Shown piece by piece: positions 8,158 through 17,698 of a DNA stretch of 34,816 nt. The stretch is from a virus (Duplodnaviria > Caudoviricetes), in the IMG/VR virus record IMGVR_UViG_3300037478_000409, positions 1 to 34,816 of that record. One strand, written 5' to 3'. A program made the position numbers and the translations under genes. Every line of letters begins with the position of its first letter. Positions within the stretch are counted from its first letter, which is position 1. The notes beneath the pieces were generated by a model, which was not told the DNA's origin, ran no database searches, and worked only from the letters and a program-made list of their open reading frames with translations.

Positions 8158-8241
8158 GCCGCACAGGGTAGGGCCGCCACGCCACGCCGCAACCCGGCCA
8201 GCCGCACCTGTCCAAGATCCGACACCCCCCCGGGAGCGGAC

Positions 8242-8631
8242 ATGCCCCCCCGGCGAACACCCACCCCCCGGCCGCGCAGCACCACCGAGTGGCGCACCGT
8301 CCCACTACCCCGAGGCTGGGCAACGCGCATCCGTCCCCGCATCCTGCGCCGCGACCCCACCTGCCAACTCCGCACCCACTGCTGGGGATCGGCAGCAGTC
8401 GAGGTCGACCACATCGGCGACCCAGCCGACCACCGCGACAGCAACCTCCGCGGAGTCTGCGCCCGCTGCCACGCCCACCGAACAGGCCGCCAAGGCGCCG
8501 CAGCCGCCAACGCGAAACGGCCACGCGCCAAACGGCCGGCACCACGTCACCCCGGGCTGACCGGACACTCACCGAGGGTGGGGACCCCCCCTCCCCCCGG
8601 GGGTGCCGTCGCGGCGGGGGATAGCGGCTGA
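8242..8631 (+). CDS. Packaging-associated HNH endonuclease
   Basis: LPRGW...ILRRDPTC...EVDHI...DH...NLRGVCARCH; directly upstream of terS. Confidence 0.85.
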   Translation: MPPRRTPTPRPRSTTEWRTVPLPRGWATRIRPRILRRDPTCQLRTHCWGSAAVEVDHIGDPADHRDSNLRGVCARCHAHRTGRQGAAAANAKRPRAKRPAPRHPGLTGHSPRVGTPPPPGGAVAAGDSG

Positions 8632-8674
8632 CCCTCTGTCTGAATCTTGGCCGGTACCGGAGGGGGGTATCTCG

Positions 8675-9118
8675 ATGGCTGTTATGGGTCGCAAGCCGAA
8701 GCCGGAGGCGCTGCGCCGGAACCGGACCGCCCCGACGCATGACTGGACCGAGGTCGAGGATTCCCCGTACACCGGGCCGCGGCCGGCGCTGCCGACCAGG
8801 TACCGGGTCGACCCGGAGACGCACACCCGGTTCAAGGTGGCGTGGCCGGCGCGGACCCGCGGCTGGTGGGGTGTGGTGTCGACGATGCCGCATTGCCGGC
8901 TGTGGTCGGCGGCCGATTGGGAGTTTGCCCTGGAGACGGCCGAGGTCCACGCCCGGTTCGTCGAGGGCAGCAACGCGACCGAGCTGAGGATCAGGCAGAA
9001 GCTGCTGGGCACCACGTTGGACAGCCGGCGGGACCTGCGGATCAGGTACGTGCCGGCGGCGGCGGAGCGGGAGACGCCGGCCGGGGTGGTGGACATGGCC
9101 GCCTACCGTGACCTCTGA
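8675..9118 (+). CDS. terS: Terminase small subunit
   Basis: MGRKPKP..RRN, DWEFALETA, ELRIRQKLLGTT..SRRDLRI; precedes terL; GGAGG RBS. Confidence 0.85.
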   Translation: MAVMGRKPKPEALRRNRTAPTHDWTEVEDSPYTGPRPALPTRYRVDPETHTRFKVAWPARTRGWWGVVSTMPHCRLWSAADWEFALETAEVHARFVEGSNATELRIRQKLLGTTLDSRRDLRIRYVPAAAERETPAGVVDMAAYRDL

Positions 9119-10871
9119 GCAGGAACTGCCACCCGGGTACTACCTCGACCGGTGGCACGGCACGGGGGCGTGGTGCACGCTGCCGTGGCCGACCGACCTG
9201 GCGGAGAAGGACCGGCTGCTGGCGTCTTCACTCGGCCCGTTGGTGATCGAGTGGTCCGAGGGTAGGCGGCCGGACCTGGGTCCGGGGTTGACGGACTATC
9301 AGAGCGGCGGGCCGTGGCGGTGGACGCCGGGCCAGAAGCGGTTCTTGATCTGCTGGTGGGAGTTCGACCCGGAGACGGGCCGGTTGCGGTGGCGCCGCGG
9401 GGTGAAGCGGGGTGCGAAGGGCGTCGGGAAGGACCCGATGGCCGCAGCGATGCTGAACTGTGCGTTCATCGGCCCGACACAGTTGGTCCACGAGGATGGC
9501 CGCTGGACCGGGGTCCGGCACCGGATGCCGCTGGTGCAGATCGCCAGCAACAGCGAAGCGCAGTCGAAGGATGTGCTGCGGGTCGCCAACGCGATGCTGT
9601 CGCGGGAGGCGCGCGAGTTCTACGGCATCGACTGCGGCGAAACCCGGACGATCCTGAAGACGGCGGATGAGACCGGCGGCCGGATGGAGATCCTCACCGC
9701 TTCGGAGAAGACGGCCGAGGGCGACCCGGCGACGTTCATCGCCCTGAACGAGTCGCACCACATGACCAGATCCTCGGGCGGGCACAAGGTCGCCGCGGTG
9801 GCCCGCCGCAACGTGGGCAAGTCACCGGCCGCGATCCAGGCCCGGCTCTGCGAGTGGACCAACGCGCATGAGCAGGGCAGCGACAGCGAGGCGGAGCGGT
9901 CGTACACGGCGTGGCAGCAGCAGGTGTCGGGGCAGGCGAAGCGGCGGGACATCCTGTACGACTCGATCGAGGCCCCGCCGGATACGGACCTGTTCGATGA
10001 CGAGTCGCGGGCGGCCGGGTTGCGGGCGGCGCACATGGACTCCCCGTGGTCGGACCTGGAACGCCTCGGTGACGAGATGCTCGACCCGTCGACCACCGTC
10101 GCCGATTCGATCCGCTACTACCTGAACGGGCTGGCCACGGCTGAAGACGCGTGGATCGACCCGCGGAAGTTCGACGATCTGGCCCGGCCGGGGACGGTGG
10201 TGGCCGACCGGGAGCAGATCGCGATGTTCCTCGACTGCTCCAAGTCGACGGATGCGACCGCGCTGGTTGCCTGCCGGCTGTCCGACGGGTACGTGTTCAT
10301 CCCCGGTGAGCGGGGCATGTGGCAGCGCCCCCACGGGGACCGGGGCAAGGGGTGGCTGGCGCCGCGTCACGAGGTCGACGCGACGGTGCGGGCCGCGTTC
10401 GCCCGGTGGCGGGTGGTGTGGTTCGGGGTTGACCCGTCGCCGGCCCGGGACGATGAGGATGAGCACCTGTACTGGCTGCCGACGATCGACGGGTGGCACC
10501 GGGACCTCCGCCGGACGGTGAGGCTGTGGGCGACCCCGGGAGTCAAGGGCCACTCGGTGCTGTTCGACATGCGGATCAAGACGCTGGGCGGGGCGGAGCG
10601 GAACCGGCTGTTCACCGAGGCGGCGATGCAGGCCGCGGCGGACATCGACGAACACGGAACCCTGACGCACGACGGGGACGCCGGGCTGCGGATGCACGTC
10701 CACAACGCCCGCCGCCGCACCAACCCGTGGGGCGTGAGCCTCGGGAAGGTGACCCGCGACTCGGGGAAGCTGGTCGACCTGGCGGTGGCGATGGTCGGCG
10801 CCCGGCTGGGCCGCCGGATAGCCCGCAACAGCGGCAAGGTGCGTGAACGCACAGGGAGGGCGGTGTTCTGA
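9108..10871 (+). CDS. terL: Terminase large subunit
   Basis: Walker A RGAKGVGKD, Walker B-like FIALNESH, nuclease FLDCSKSTDATAL and C-terminal VDLAVA. Confidence 0.95.
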   Translation: MTSEQELPPGYYLDRWHGTGAWCTLPWPTDLAEKDRLLASSLGPLVIEWSEGRRPDLGPGLTDYQSGGPWRWTPGQKRFLICWWEFDPETGRLRWRRGVKRGAKGVGKDPMAAAMLNCAFIGPTQLVHEDGRWTGVRHRMPLVQIASNSEAQSKDVLRVANAMLSREAREFYGIDCGETRTILKTADETGGRMEILTASEKTAEGDPATFIALNESHHMTRSSGGHKVAAVARRNVGKSPAAIQARLCEWTNAHEQGSDSEAERSYTAWQQQVSGQAKRRDILYDSIEAPPDTDLFDDESRAAGLRAAHMDSPWSDLERLGDEMLDPSTTVADSIRYYLNGLATAEDAWIDPRKFDDLARPGTVVADREQIAMFLDCSKSTDATALVACRLSDGYVFIPGERGMWQRPHGDRGKGWLAPRHEVDATVRAAFARWRVVWFGVDPSPARDDEDEHLYWLPTIDGWHRDLRRTVRLWATPGVKGHSVLFDMRIKTLGGAERNRLFTEAAMQAAADIDEHGTLTHDGDAGLRMHVHNARRRTNPWGVSLGKVTRDSGKLVDLAVAMVGARLGRRIARNSGKVRERTGRAVF

Positions 10872-12280
10872 TGCCACTGTCGGCTACGGAGGCCGCTGAC
10901 CGGGCGCAGCAGCTGTACGAGATGCAGACCACCGAGCGGGCCGAGTTGGACGTTCTGCGCCGGTACTGGACCGGCCGGCAGCGGCTGCCGGCGGTCATCC
11001 CGTCCGACGCGCCGGCCGAGATCAAGGAGATGGCGCGCAAGGCCCGGGTGAACGTCATCGACATCGTGGTGAACAGCCTGACGCAGGCGCTGTTCGTGGA
11101 CGGGTTCCGGGCGCCGCAGCCGGAACGGCCGGGCGACCCGGACTCGCCGCTGGCGGACATGTCGTTGCCGGTGTGGCAGGTGTGGCAGCTCAACCGGATG
11201 GACCGGGGCCAGTCGGGGCTGCACCGGGCCGCGGTCGCGTACGGAACCGCGTACCTGGCGATCACCCCCGGGGAGACGTTCCCGGTGATGCGGCCGTGTT
11301 CGCCGCGGCTGCTGACCGCGGTGTACGGGGCGGACCCGGACTGGCCACGGTTCGCGCTGGAGAAGCGGCCGGCGGCCGGGGACTGGCGGCTCTACGACGG
11401 TGAGGCCGTGTACCCGGTGGGGCGCACCGACGCCGGCGGCTGGCAGGTGGGCGAGCCGATCATTCACGGGCTCGGCTACTGCCCGGTGGTCCGCTACCGG
11501 GACGCGGAGGATCTGGACCTGGACGATGACGCGGAGCCGGACAACCTTCGAGGGTTCGGCACCAATGAGACCCGGCTGGTCGCCGGTCAGGTCGCCCCGC
11601 TGATCCCGCTACAGGACCAGATCAACCTGACCAGCTTCACCCTGAAGGCGGCCGAGTGGTACTCGGCGTTCCGGCAGCGGTGGGCGATCGGGTGGACCCC
11701 GGCCAGCGCCAGCCAGAAGATGGAGGCGGCCGCGTCGCAGTTCTGGACCTTCGACGAAGACCCGGCGCAGATGCAGCTGGGCGAGTTCGGCCAGACCGAC
11801 CTGCGCGGGTACCTCGACTCGCGGGAGGCGGCGCTGAAGTATGCCGCCACTCTGTCGCAGACCCCGGTGCACGAGCTGGTCGGCGCGATGGTGAACCTGT
11901 CGGCCGAGGCGCTGGCCGCGGCGGAGGCGGGCAAGGACCGGAAGGTCGACGAACGTGAGACCGGCATGGGCGAGTCGCATGAGCAGGCATTCCAGGCTGT
12001 TGGCGCGTTGATGGGTGTGCCGATCCCGGCCGATTCGCAGGTGGTGTGGCGGGACACGTCGGCGCGGGCGTTCGCGGCCACCGTGGACGGGCTGGGAAAG
12101 CTGGTGCAGATGCTCGGTATCCCGCCCGAGGAACTGCTCGACCGGGTGCCCGGCCTGACGCAGCAGGACGTGCGGCGGATTCGGGCGAAGATGGCCGAGG
12201 GTGACTCGCTGGCGAACCTGACCGGGCTGTTGGACCGGCAGGCGGCCGGGCTCGGTGGCGACGGTGGCCCGGACCGCTGA
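10871..12280 (+). CDS. Portal protein (SPP1 Gp6-like)
   Basis: Follows terL; YWTGRQ, WQLNRMD, HGLGYCPVVRY, NLSAEAL motifs. Confidence 0.92.
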   Translation: MPLSATEAADRAQQLYEMQTTERAELDVLRRYWTGRQRLPAVIPSDAPAEIKEMARKARVNVIDIVVNSLTQALFVDGFRAPQPERPGDPDSPLADMSLPVWQVWQLNRMDRGQSGLHRAAVAYGTAYLAITPGETFPVMRPCSPRLLTAVYGADPDWPRFALEKRPAAGDWRLYDGEAVYPVGRTDAGGWQVGEPIIHGLGYCPVVRYRDAEDLDLDDDAEPDNLRGFGTNETRLVAGQVAPLIPLQDQINLTSFTLKAAEWYSAFRQRWAIGWTPASASQKMEAAASQFWTFDEDPAQMQLGEFGQTDLRGYLDSREAALKYAATLSQTPVHELVGAMVNLSAEALAAAEAGKDRKVDERETGMGESHEQAFQAVGALMGVPIPADSQVVWRDTSARAFAATVDGLGKLVQMLGIPPEELLDRVPGLTQQDVRRIRAKMAEGDSLANLTGLLDRQAAGLGGDGGPDR

Positions 12281-13146
12281 GGGGACCGTCCTGACCCGTC
12301 GGCAGCGGGCCGACCAGCTGGGCATCCGGGCCGGTGCGGTGCGGGACCTGGCCCGGTTGTGGCGGGTGGTCAATCCGGTGGACCTGACCGGAACGTTTCG
12401 CCAGTTCGTCGACCCGGCGCAGCTGGTAGTGGCCGCGCACCGCACCCGGTCGGCCGAGTCCGCCGCCGACTACTTCGGACGGTTCCGGCTGGCGGAGGGC
12501 ATCGATGACGGGGGCATTCTGCGGGTGCTGGCCGAGGCGCTCGGCCCGGAGGTGATCGCGTCGGTCCTACGCGGCGCCGGGCTGGGCGGGATCATCCACG
12601 CCCGCCGTCGCGGGTTCAGCCCGCAGGCCGCGGCCCGAAACGGGCTGGTGAAGGTCAGCGGCGCGGCTGCGAAGCTGGTGCTCGACGGTGGTCGGGAAAC
12701 GGTGGTCGCCATGTCCGGCGCCGACCCGCGGGCGCAGGGTTGGCGGCGGGTCACATCGTCGCAGCCGTGCGACTTCTGCCGCACCCTGGGCGGGCGGGTG
12801 TTCAGTGCCGGGTGACTTCGAGGCTCACGACCACTGCGCGTGCACGTCTGAGCCGGTGTACGCGGGTAGCCTGCCACCGCCGGACCAGCTGATCCAGGAC
12901 CCGGACGACCCGGAGCTGTTCTACGAACGTCGCGAGGATGTCGGCAGGGCCGGCCTGGCGTACGCCGTGTTCGAGCTGCCGGAGATGCGGGCGGACCTGC
13001 GGCAGTACCGGCGGGACCTGGCCCAGGCCGAGCGGCTCGGGGACGACTGGGTCGGGGACGACCCGGAGGACCTGCGGCAGCGGATCGTCGACACCGACGC
13101 TCACATCACGCTGCTCACGCAGTTGAAGCGGCGCGTGCCGAAGTAG
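12255..13146 (+). pseudogene. Capsid maturation / MuF-like minor head protein, split by a +1 frameshift at about 12810-12815
   Basis: WRRVTSSQPCDFC in frame 12255 stops at 12813; the partner motif DFEAHDHCACTSEPVY continues in the +1 frame to 13146. Confidence 0.75.
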
Positions 13147-13150
13147 ACCA

Positions 13151-13172
13151 CCCCCACCCGGCCGGGTGGGGG
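13151..13172. other. Perfect inverted repeat upstream of the scaffold gene
   Basis: CCCCCACCCG-GC-CGGGTGGGGG. Confidence 0.5.
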
Positions 13173-13192
13173 GTCAGTTGGAAGGGGCCGGG

Positions 13193-13789
13193 ATGGCCGA
13201 CGACGACGACAAGGGCAAGAACGACAACGGCGGGAAGCCGAACACCGACAAGGGCGACGACCAGGCGCTGAAGACGGCACTGGAGAAGGAACGTACCCGG
13301 GCGACCGAGGCCGAGAACCAGCTGAAGGCGCTGCGGGTCGAGATGGCGAAGTTGAAGAAGGACGACGACGCCACCAAGACCGAGCAGCAGAAGATGCTGG
13401 AGCGGATCGAGGCGGCCGAGAAGAAAGCGGCCGAGGCCGAGGCGCGGCAGCTACGCGCCGAGGTGGCCGTGGAGAAGAAGCTCACCCCGGCGCAGGCCAA
13501 GCGGCTGGCCGGCACCACCCGTGAGGAGCTGCTCACCGACGCGGATGAGCTGCTGGAGGCGTTCAAGCCGGCCGGTAAGGACGGCGACGGCGACACCGGC
13601 AACGACGGTGACGCCGGCAAGGGCGGCGACGGCATCGACACCCGACTGTCGGGTTCGGCCGAGCGCAAGTACCCGTCATCCGGCGGCAGGCCGAAGGAGA
13701 AGCTCACATCCGGTGCGGTGCCGGGCACGGGCTCCGGCGAGAAGTCTCCGGCGGAGCTGGCGGAGTCGATCCTCAAGTCCGATTTCTGA
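13193..13789 (+). CDS. Capsid scaffolding protein
   Basis: Charged coiled coil, ALEKER, RLAGTTREELLTDADEL; directly before the capsid gene. Confidence 0.88.
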   Translation: MADDDDKGKNDNGGKPNTDKGDDQALKTALEKERTRATEAENQLKALRVEMAKLKKDDDATKTEQQKMLERIEAAEKKAAEAEARQLRAEVAVEKKLTPAQAKRLAGTTREELLTDADELLEAFKPAGKDGDGDTGNDGDAGKGGDGIDTRLSGSAERKYPSSGGRPKEKLTSGAVPGTGSGEKSPAELAESILKSDF

Positions 13790-13836
13790 TCATGCAGCGG
13801 GATGGCCGCTGCGCACGCAATGAGAGGTGAACAGCA

Positions 13837-14718
13837 GTGGCTGTCCTAACAGCAAAGGGCATCTCGGCTCTCGCGGTCGAGCTGCTCACTCGCAGCCTGG
13901 TGCTGCCGATGACTGTCTCCCAGATTCCGGGTGAGGAGTTCTCGGGGCGCAACGGCGACACGATCACGGTCCGGGTGCCTCAGCCGTCCACGGCCCGCAC
14001 CCAGACCAACCCGGGTGATGACATCACGTTCGATGATGTGGACGAGGTGCCGGTTGACGTGACCCTCGCCCACCTGTACCACGCCAAGCTGGTCGCCGAT
14101 GAGGAGCTGTCCCTCAACCTGGAGGACTTCGGCCGGCAGGTCACCCGCGTGCAGGTGGCGGCGGTTGCGACCCGGGCCGAGAACGAGCTCGCCACCGCGA
14201 TGAACAACCTGTCCGCGGACCTGACCGTCGACGCCGACGGCGGCAACGTGGAGGCGATCGTGCTGGAGTCCCGGGAGACGCTGGGCCGCAACGAGTGCCC
14301 CGCCGACGGCCGGTTCCTGGCGGTCAGCCCGGAGTTCGCCACGTTCCTGCTGGGGCTGGACAACCTGTCCCACGTCGACAAGGCCGGCGCCAGCTCGGCG
14401 CTGCGGCTGGCCGTGGTCGGCACCTACCGCGGGTTCACGGTGGTGGAGTCCAACGGCCTGGACGCCGGCACGGCACTGGCCTACCACCGGTCCGGTTTCG
14501 CGTTCGCGAACCGGGTGCCGGTCACCCCCCGTGGCGCGAACGCGTCGGCGACCGCGCAGGCCGGCGGGATCGGGATGCGGCAGATTTTCACGTTCGTCCC
14601 GACGAAGCTGTCCGATTCGTCGATCGTCTCCACGTTCGGCGGTGCGGCGGCTGTGCCCGACAACGACTCCGGGACCGAGTTCCCCCGGGTCGTGAAGATC
14701 GACACGGCGGCTAGCTGA
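13837..14718 (+). CDS. Major capsid protein
   Basis: GDTITVRVP, DGRFLAVSPEF, GTYRGFTVVESN; GAGG RBS; position. Confidence 0.9.
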   Translation: MAVLTAKGISALAVELLTRSLVLPMTVSQIPGEEFSGRNGDTITVRVPQPSTARTQTNPGDDITFDDVDEVPVDVTLAHLYHAKLVADEELSLNLEDFGRQVTRVQVAAVATRAENELATAMNNLSADLTVDADGGNVEAIVLESRETLGRNECPADGRFLAVSPEFATFLLGLDNLSHVDKAGASSALRLAVVGTYRGFTVVESNGLDAGTALAYHRSGFAFANRVPVTPRGANASATAQAGGIGMRQIFTFVPTKLSDSSIVSTFGGAAAVPDNDSGTEFPRVVKIDTAAS

Positions 14719-14720
14719 CC

Positions 14721-15161
14721 GTGGCCGATCTGCCACCGCTGGCGTCGCCAGCTCAGCTCGCGGTCCGTCTCGGCTACACCGATGGGGAGTTCCCCACGGA
14801 GGCCGAGGCGGACCGGGCTGAGGCGTGCCTGGTCGACGCGTCCGAGCTGATCCGTGACGAAGCCGGCAAGGACTGGGTCGACGCGGGTGGTGAGCTGGAG
14901 GATGTTCCCCGCCGGGTCGAGTCGATATGCCTGGCCGCGGCCAAGCGCGCCTTCGAAAACTCCGAAGCGCTGACCCAACGCTCCATCGGCGACTCGGCGA
15001 AGTCGTACGACCGGTCCGGCCGCGAAGGTGGCGAGGCGGTGTACTTGACCGACGCGGAGGCGGAGGCGGTACGCCGGGCCGCGTCGAAGTCGAGCTTCAC
15101 CTCGGTGACGATGGTGTCGCCCTGGTCCGGCGACAGCACAGAGAGCGTGCTCGGGTCGTGA
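14721..15161 (+). CDS. Head-to-tail adaptor
   Basis: RAEACLVDASELIR...AAKRAFEN...SIGD...VYLTDAE. Confidence 0.85.
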   Translation: MADLPPLASPAQLAVRLGYTDGEFPTEAEADRAEACLVDASELIRDEAGKDWVDAGGELEDVPRRVESICLAAAKRAFENSEALTQRSIGDSAKSYDRSGREGGEAVYLTDAEAEAVRRAASKSSFTSVTMVSPWSGDSTESVLGS

Positions 15162-15508
15162 CAGTCCCGGTCGGCGGGTACGAGCTGAACCGCACGCTGG
15201 CGGTGTGGCGGCCGGACCCGGTCGGCGACGGCGCGGGTGGTCAGACCGTCACCTTCGTCCAGGTCGGTACGGTCCGTGCCAGGGTTTCGCAGGCGACCGC
15301 CGCGGAGCGGGTCGTAGCGGCGCAGGCCGGCGCCGCGCACACCCAACCGGTGTACCTGCCCCCGGCCGCCGACGTGGCCCGCGGGGACGAGCTACGCGGC
15401 GACGGGGACGTGTTCCGGGTCAAGGCCACCGTCATGCCGTCCGAGCCGGTGTACCTGCGCGCCGACGTGGAGCTGATCCAGCACGAGCCGGGAGATGAAG
15501 GGTCGTGA
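15158..15508 (+). CDS. Head closure protein / head-tail stopper
   Basis: LNRTLAVWRP..DGAGGQ...DVARGDEL; GTGA overlap. Confidence 0.85.
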   Translation: MTVPVGGYELNRTLAVWRPDPVGDGAGGQTVTFVQVGTVRARVSQATAAERVVAAQAGAAHTQPVYLPPAADVARGDELRGDGDVFRVKATVMPSEPVYLRADVELIQHEPGDEGS

Positions 15509-16434
15509 AGCTGCTGCTGCTCGGCGCCCCCGGGCTCGGTGGCGAGAAGCTCGAACGCTGGCACGATGACGCCCACGATGGGGCGGTGGCGCTCGGCTGG
15601 GAAGTCGACTTCCTGCGGGTGCGGGACGTGCCCGCGGAGGACATCATCCGGGCTGCCAAGGGCGCCGACATGCTGCTGTGGCTGCGCACCCACAACCACA
15701 ACCTCCGCGGCGACGGGTACGCCATGCTGCGCCGGATCGAGGACACGGGCACGGTCACCGTCGGGCTGCACCTGGATCTGTACTGGGGCATCCGGCAGCG
15801 GGAACAGCGGATCGGCAAGGAGCCGTGGTGGACCGCGCAGCACGTGTTCACCGCCGACGGTGGCGCCCGGAACTGGGCCGGCAAGGGAGTCAACCACCAC
15901 TGGTGCCCGCCGCCGTTCGGCTCCCGGTACCTCGGCTACGGCACCCCCGACCCGACCGTCCGCGCCCGGGCGGTGTTCATCGGGTCGATGATCCGGTCCG
16001 TTCACACCGGGCACCGGGCCGACCTGCTCGCGTGGGCGAGACGCCAGTGGGGGACCCGGTTCCTACACGCCGGATCGTCACAGCGGAACCGGATCTACCA
16101 CCGGAAGCTGAACGACCTGTACGCGTCGGTTGACGTGGTGCTCGGGGACTCGGCGCCGGCGCCGTGCTACTGGTCCGACCGGGTGCCGCGGACGCTGGGC
16201 CGCGGTGGGCTGCTGGCCTACCCGCGCACCGAGGGGCTGGCCGGGCAGGGGTTCACAGACGAGACGATGATCCTGTACGACCGGGGCCGGTTCTCCCAGA
16301 TCACCACCCGGTTGCGGGAGCTGTCACCAGCCGGCCGGCGGGAGATGACCGACGCGGCGGTCAACCTGGTCGAGGCCCGGCACCTGTGGCGGCACCGGCT
16401 GTCCGGCATCGCGACCGTGGCCGGGCTCGCATGA
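15505..16434 (+). CDS. GT-B glycosyltransferase (CgeB / Glyco_trans_1_2-like)
   Basis: AVFIGS, LNDLYAS, YWSDRVPRTLGRGGLL, C-terminal HLWRHR. Confidence 0.8.
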   Translation: MKLLLLGAPGLGGEKLERWHDDAHDGAVALGWEVDFLRVRDVPAEDIIRAAKGADMLLWLRTHNHNLRGDGYAMLRRIEDTGTVTVGLHLDLYWGIRQREQRIGKEPWWTAQHVFTADGGARNWAGKGVNHHWCPPPFGSRYLGYGTPDPTVRARAVFIGSMIRSVHTGHRADLLAWARRQWGTRFLHAGSSQRNRIYHRKLNDLYASVDVVLGDSAPAPCYWSDRVPRTLGRGGLLAYPRTEGLAGQGFTDETMILYDRGRFSQITTRLRELSPAGRREMTDAAVNLVEARHLWRHRLSGIATVAGLA

Positions 16435-17066
16435 GAGTGGTCATCGCCTGCGGCGGGCGAGAGCAGGACCCGAAGTGGAACAGCCACCTCGGCGTGCCCA
16501 AGCACCTCGCCCCGGTCGCCGGCCGGCCGCTGCTTGAACGCACCGTCGAACAGGTCGGCCGGTACACCGGCGACGTGGTGGTGACCGCTCCGCCGGACCC
16601 GCGGTATCAGGTGGTCGGCGCCGACGTGGTCCACCCGGACCCGGCCGCGTCGAACGAGTACACCGGTACCCGCCCGTGGTGGTCGACCACCACCCGCACG
16701 CTGCTGCTGCTCGGGGACGTGTACTGGACCGACGCGGCGGTCCGGCTGGTGTGCACCGACACGACGCCGCTGCGCTGGTTCGGCCGGTTCGGCGCGTCGA
16801 AGGTGACCGCCGCCCGGTGGGGGGAGATATTCGCCGTCGCGTGGCTGCCCCGGCATCACGCCCTGCTGGACGCCCACCTGGCCAAGGTCGACGCCGCGCG
16901 GGAGATAACCCGCCCGCCCGGGTGGAAGCTGTACCGGTCGCTGCACGGCCTGCCGATGCGCCGGCACCGGAAGGCCGGTGACTGGTGCGACATTGACGAC
17001 GGCACGGACGACTTCGACACGCCGGCCGTGTACGCCGCGCACCCGGCGATCCGGGGCAGCCGGTGA
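16431..17066 (+). CDS. Nucleotidyltransferase-like (NTP_transferase / GT-A fold) protein
   Basis: MRVVIACGG...GVPKHLAPVAGRPLLERTV, LLLGDVY, DDFDTP; ATGA overlap. Confidence 0.75.
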   Translation: MRVVIACGGREQDPKWNSHLGVPKHLAPVAGRPLLERTVEQVGRYTGDVVVTAPPDPRYQVVGADVVHPDPAASNEYTGTRPWWSTTTRTLLLLGDVYWTDAAVRLVCTDTTPLRWFGRFGASKVTAARWGEIFAVAWLPRHHALLDAHLAKVDAAREITRPPGWKLYRSLHGLPMRRHRKAGDWCDIDDGTDDFDTPAVYAAHPAIRGSR

Positions 17067-17698
17067 ACGTGTTCGCCGCGTTCCCGGCGCTGGTGGCCCG
17101 GCTGGGGGTCGACCCGGCGCACCTGGTCCACGTCGGCGCCCACGAAGGTCAGGAGATGCCGTTCTACCGGGCGGCCGGGTTCCGCCGGATCACCCTGGTG
17201 GAGCCGATCCCGGACCTGGCGGCGCGGCTGCGGGCCGCCTACCCCGACGCGGAGGTGGTCGAGGCCGCGTGTTCCGACCGGCACGGCACCGCCGCGCTGC
17301 ACCTGATGCGCCGGTCGAACATGTCGACGCTGGCCGCCCCGGGCCGCGGAGACCGTACCGCCGGGGCTGTGCGGGTCGAGCTGGTCACCTTGGCGACGGT
17401 CGCCCCGTCAGCGAACGTGGCCGTGGTCGACGCGCAAGGGCATGAGCTGGCGGTGCTGGCCGGCGCCAACCTGGCCCGGCTCGACCTGGCGGTGGTGGAG
17501 ACGTGCACCGTCGCCGACCCGACGATGGCCGCCGGCTACGACCAGGTGGTGGCGTTCATGCACCGGGCAGGGTTCGGCGAGGTCGACCGGTGGACGCGGG
17601 ACTACCAGCAGGTGGCCCGGTGGGCGCGGGGCCGTACACCCCGCGACCGGGGCGAGATCCGAGATGTCATCTTCGCGAGGGAGAAGCGCAGTGTCTGA
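17063..17698 (+). CDS. FkbM-family SAM-dependent methyltransferase
   Basis: VHVGAHEGQE, LVEPIP, VVDAQGHELAVLAG. Confidence 0.85.
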   Translation: MNVFAAFPALVARLGVDPAHLVHVGAHEGQEMPFYRAAGFRRITLVEPIPDLAARLRAAYPDAEVVEAACSDRHGTAALHLMRRSNMSTLAAPGRGDRTAGAVRVELVTLATVAPSANVAVVDAQGHELAVLAGANLARLDLAVVETCTVADPTMAAGYDQVVAFMHRAGFGEVDRWTRDYQQVARWARGRTPRDRGEIRDVIFAREKRSV

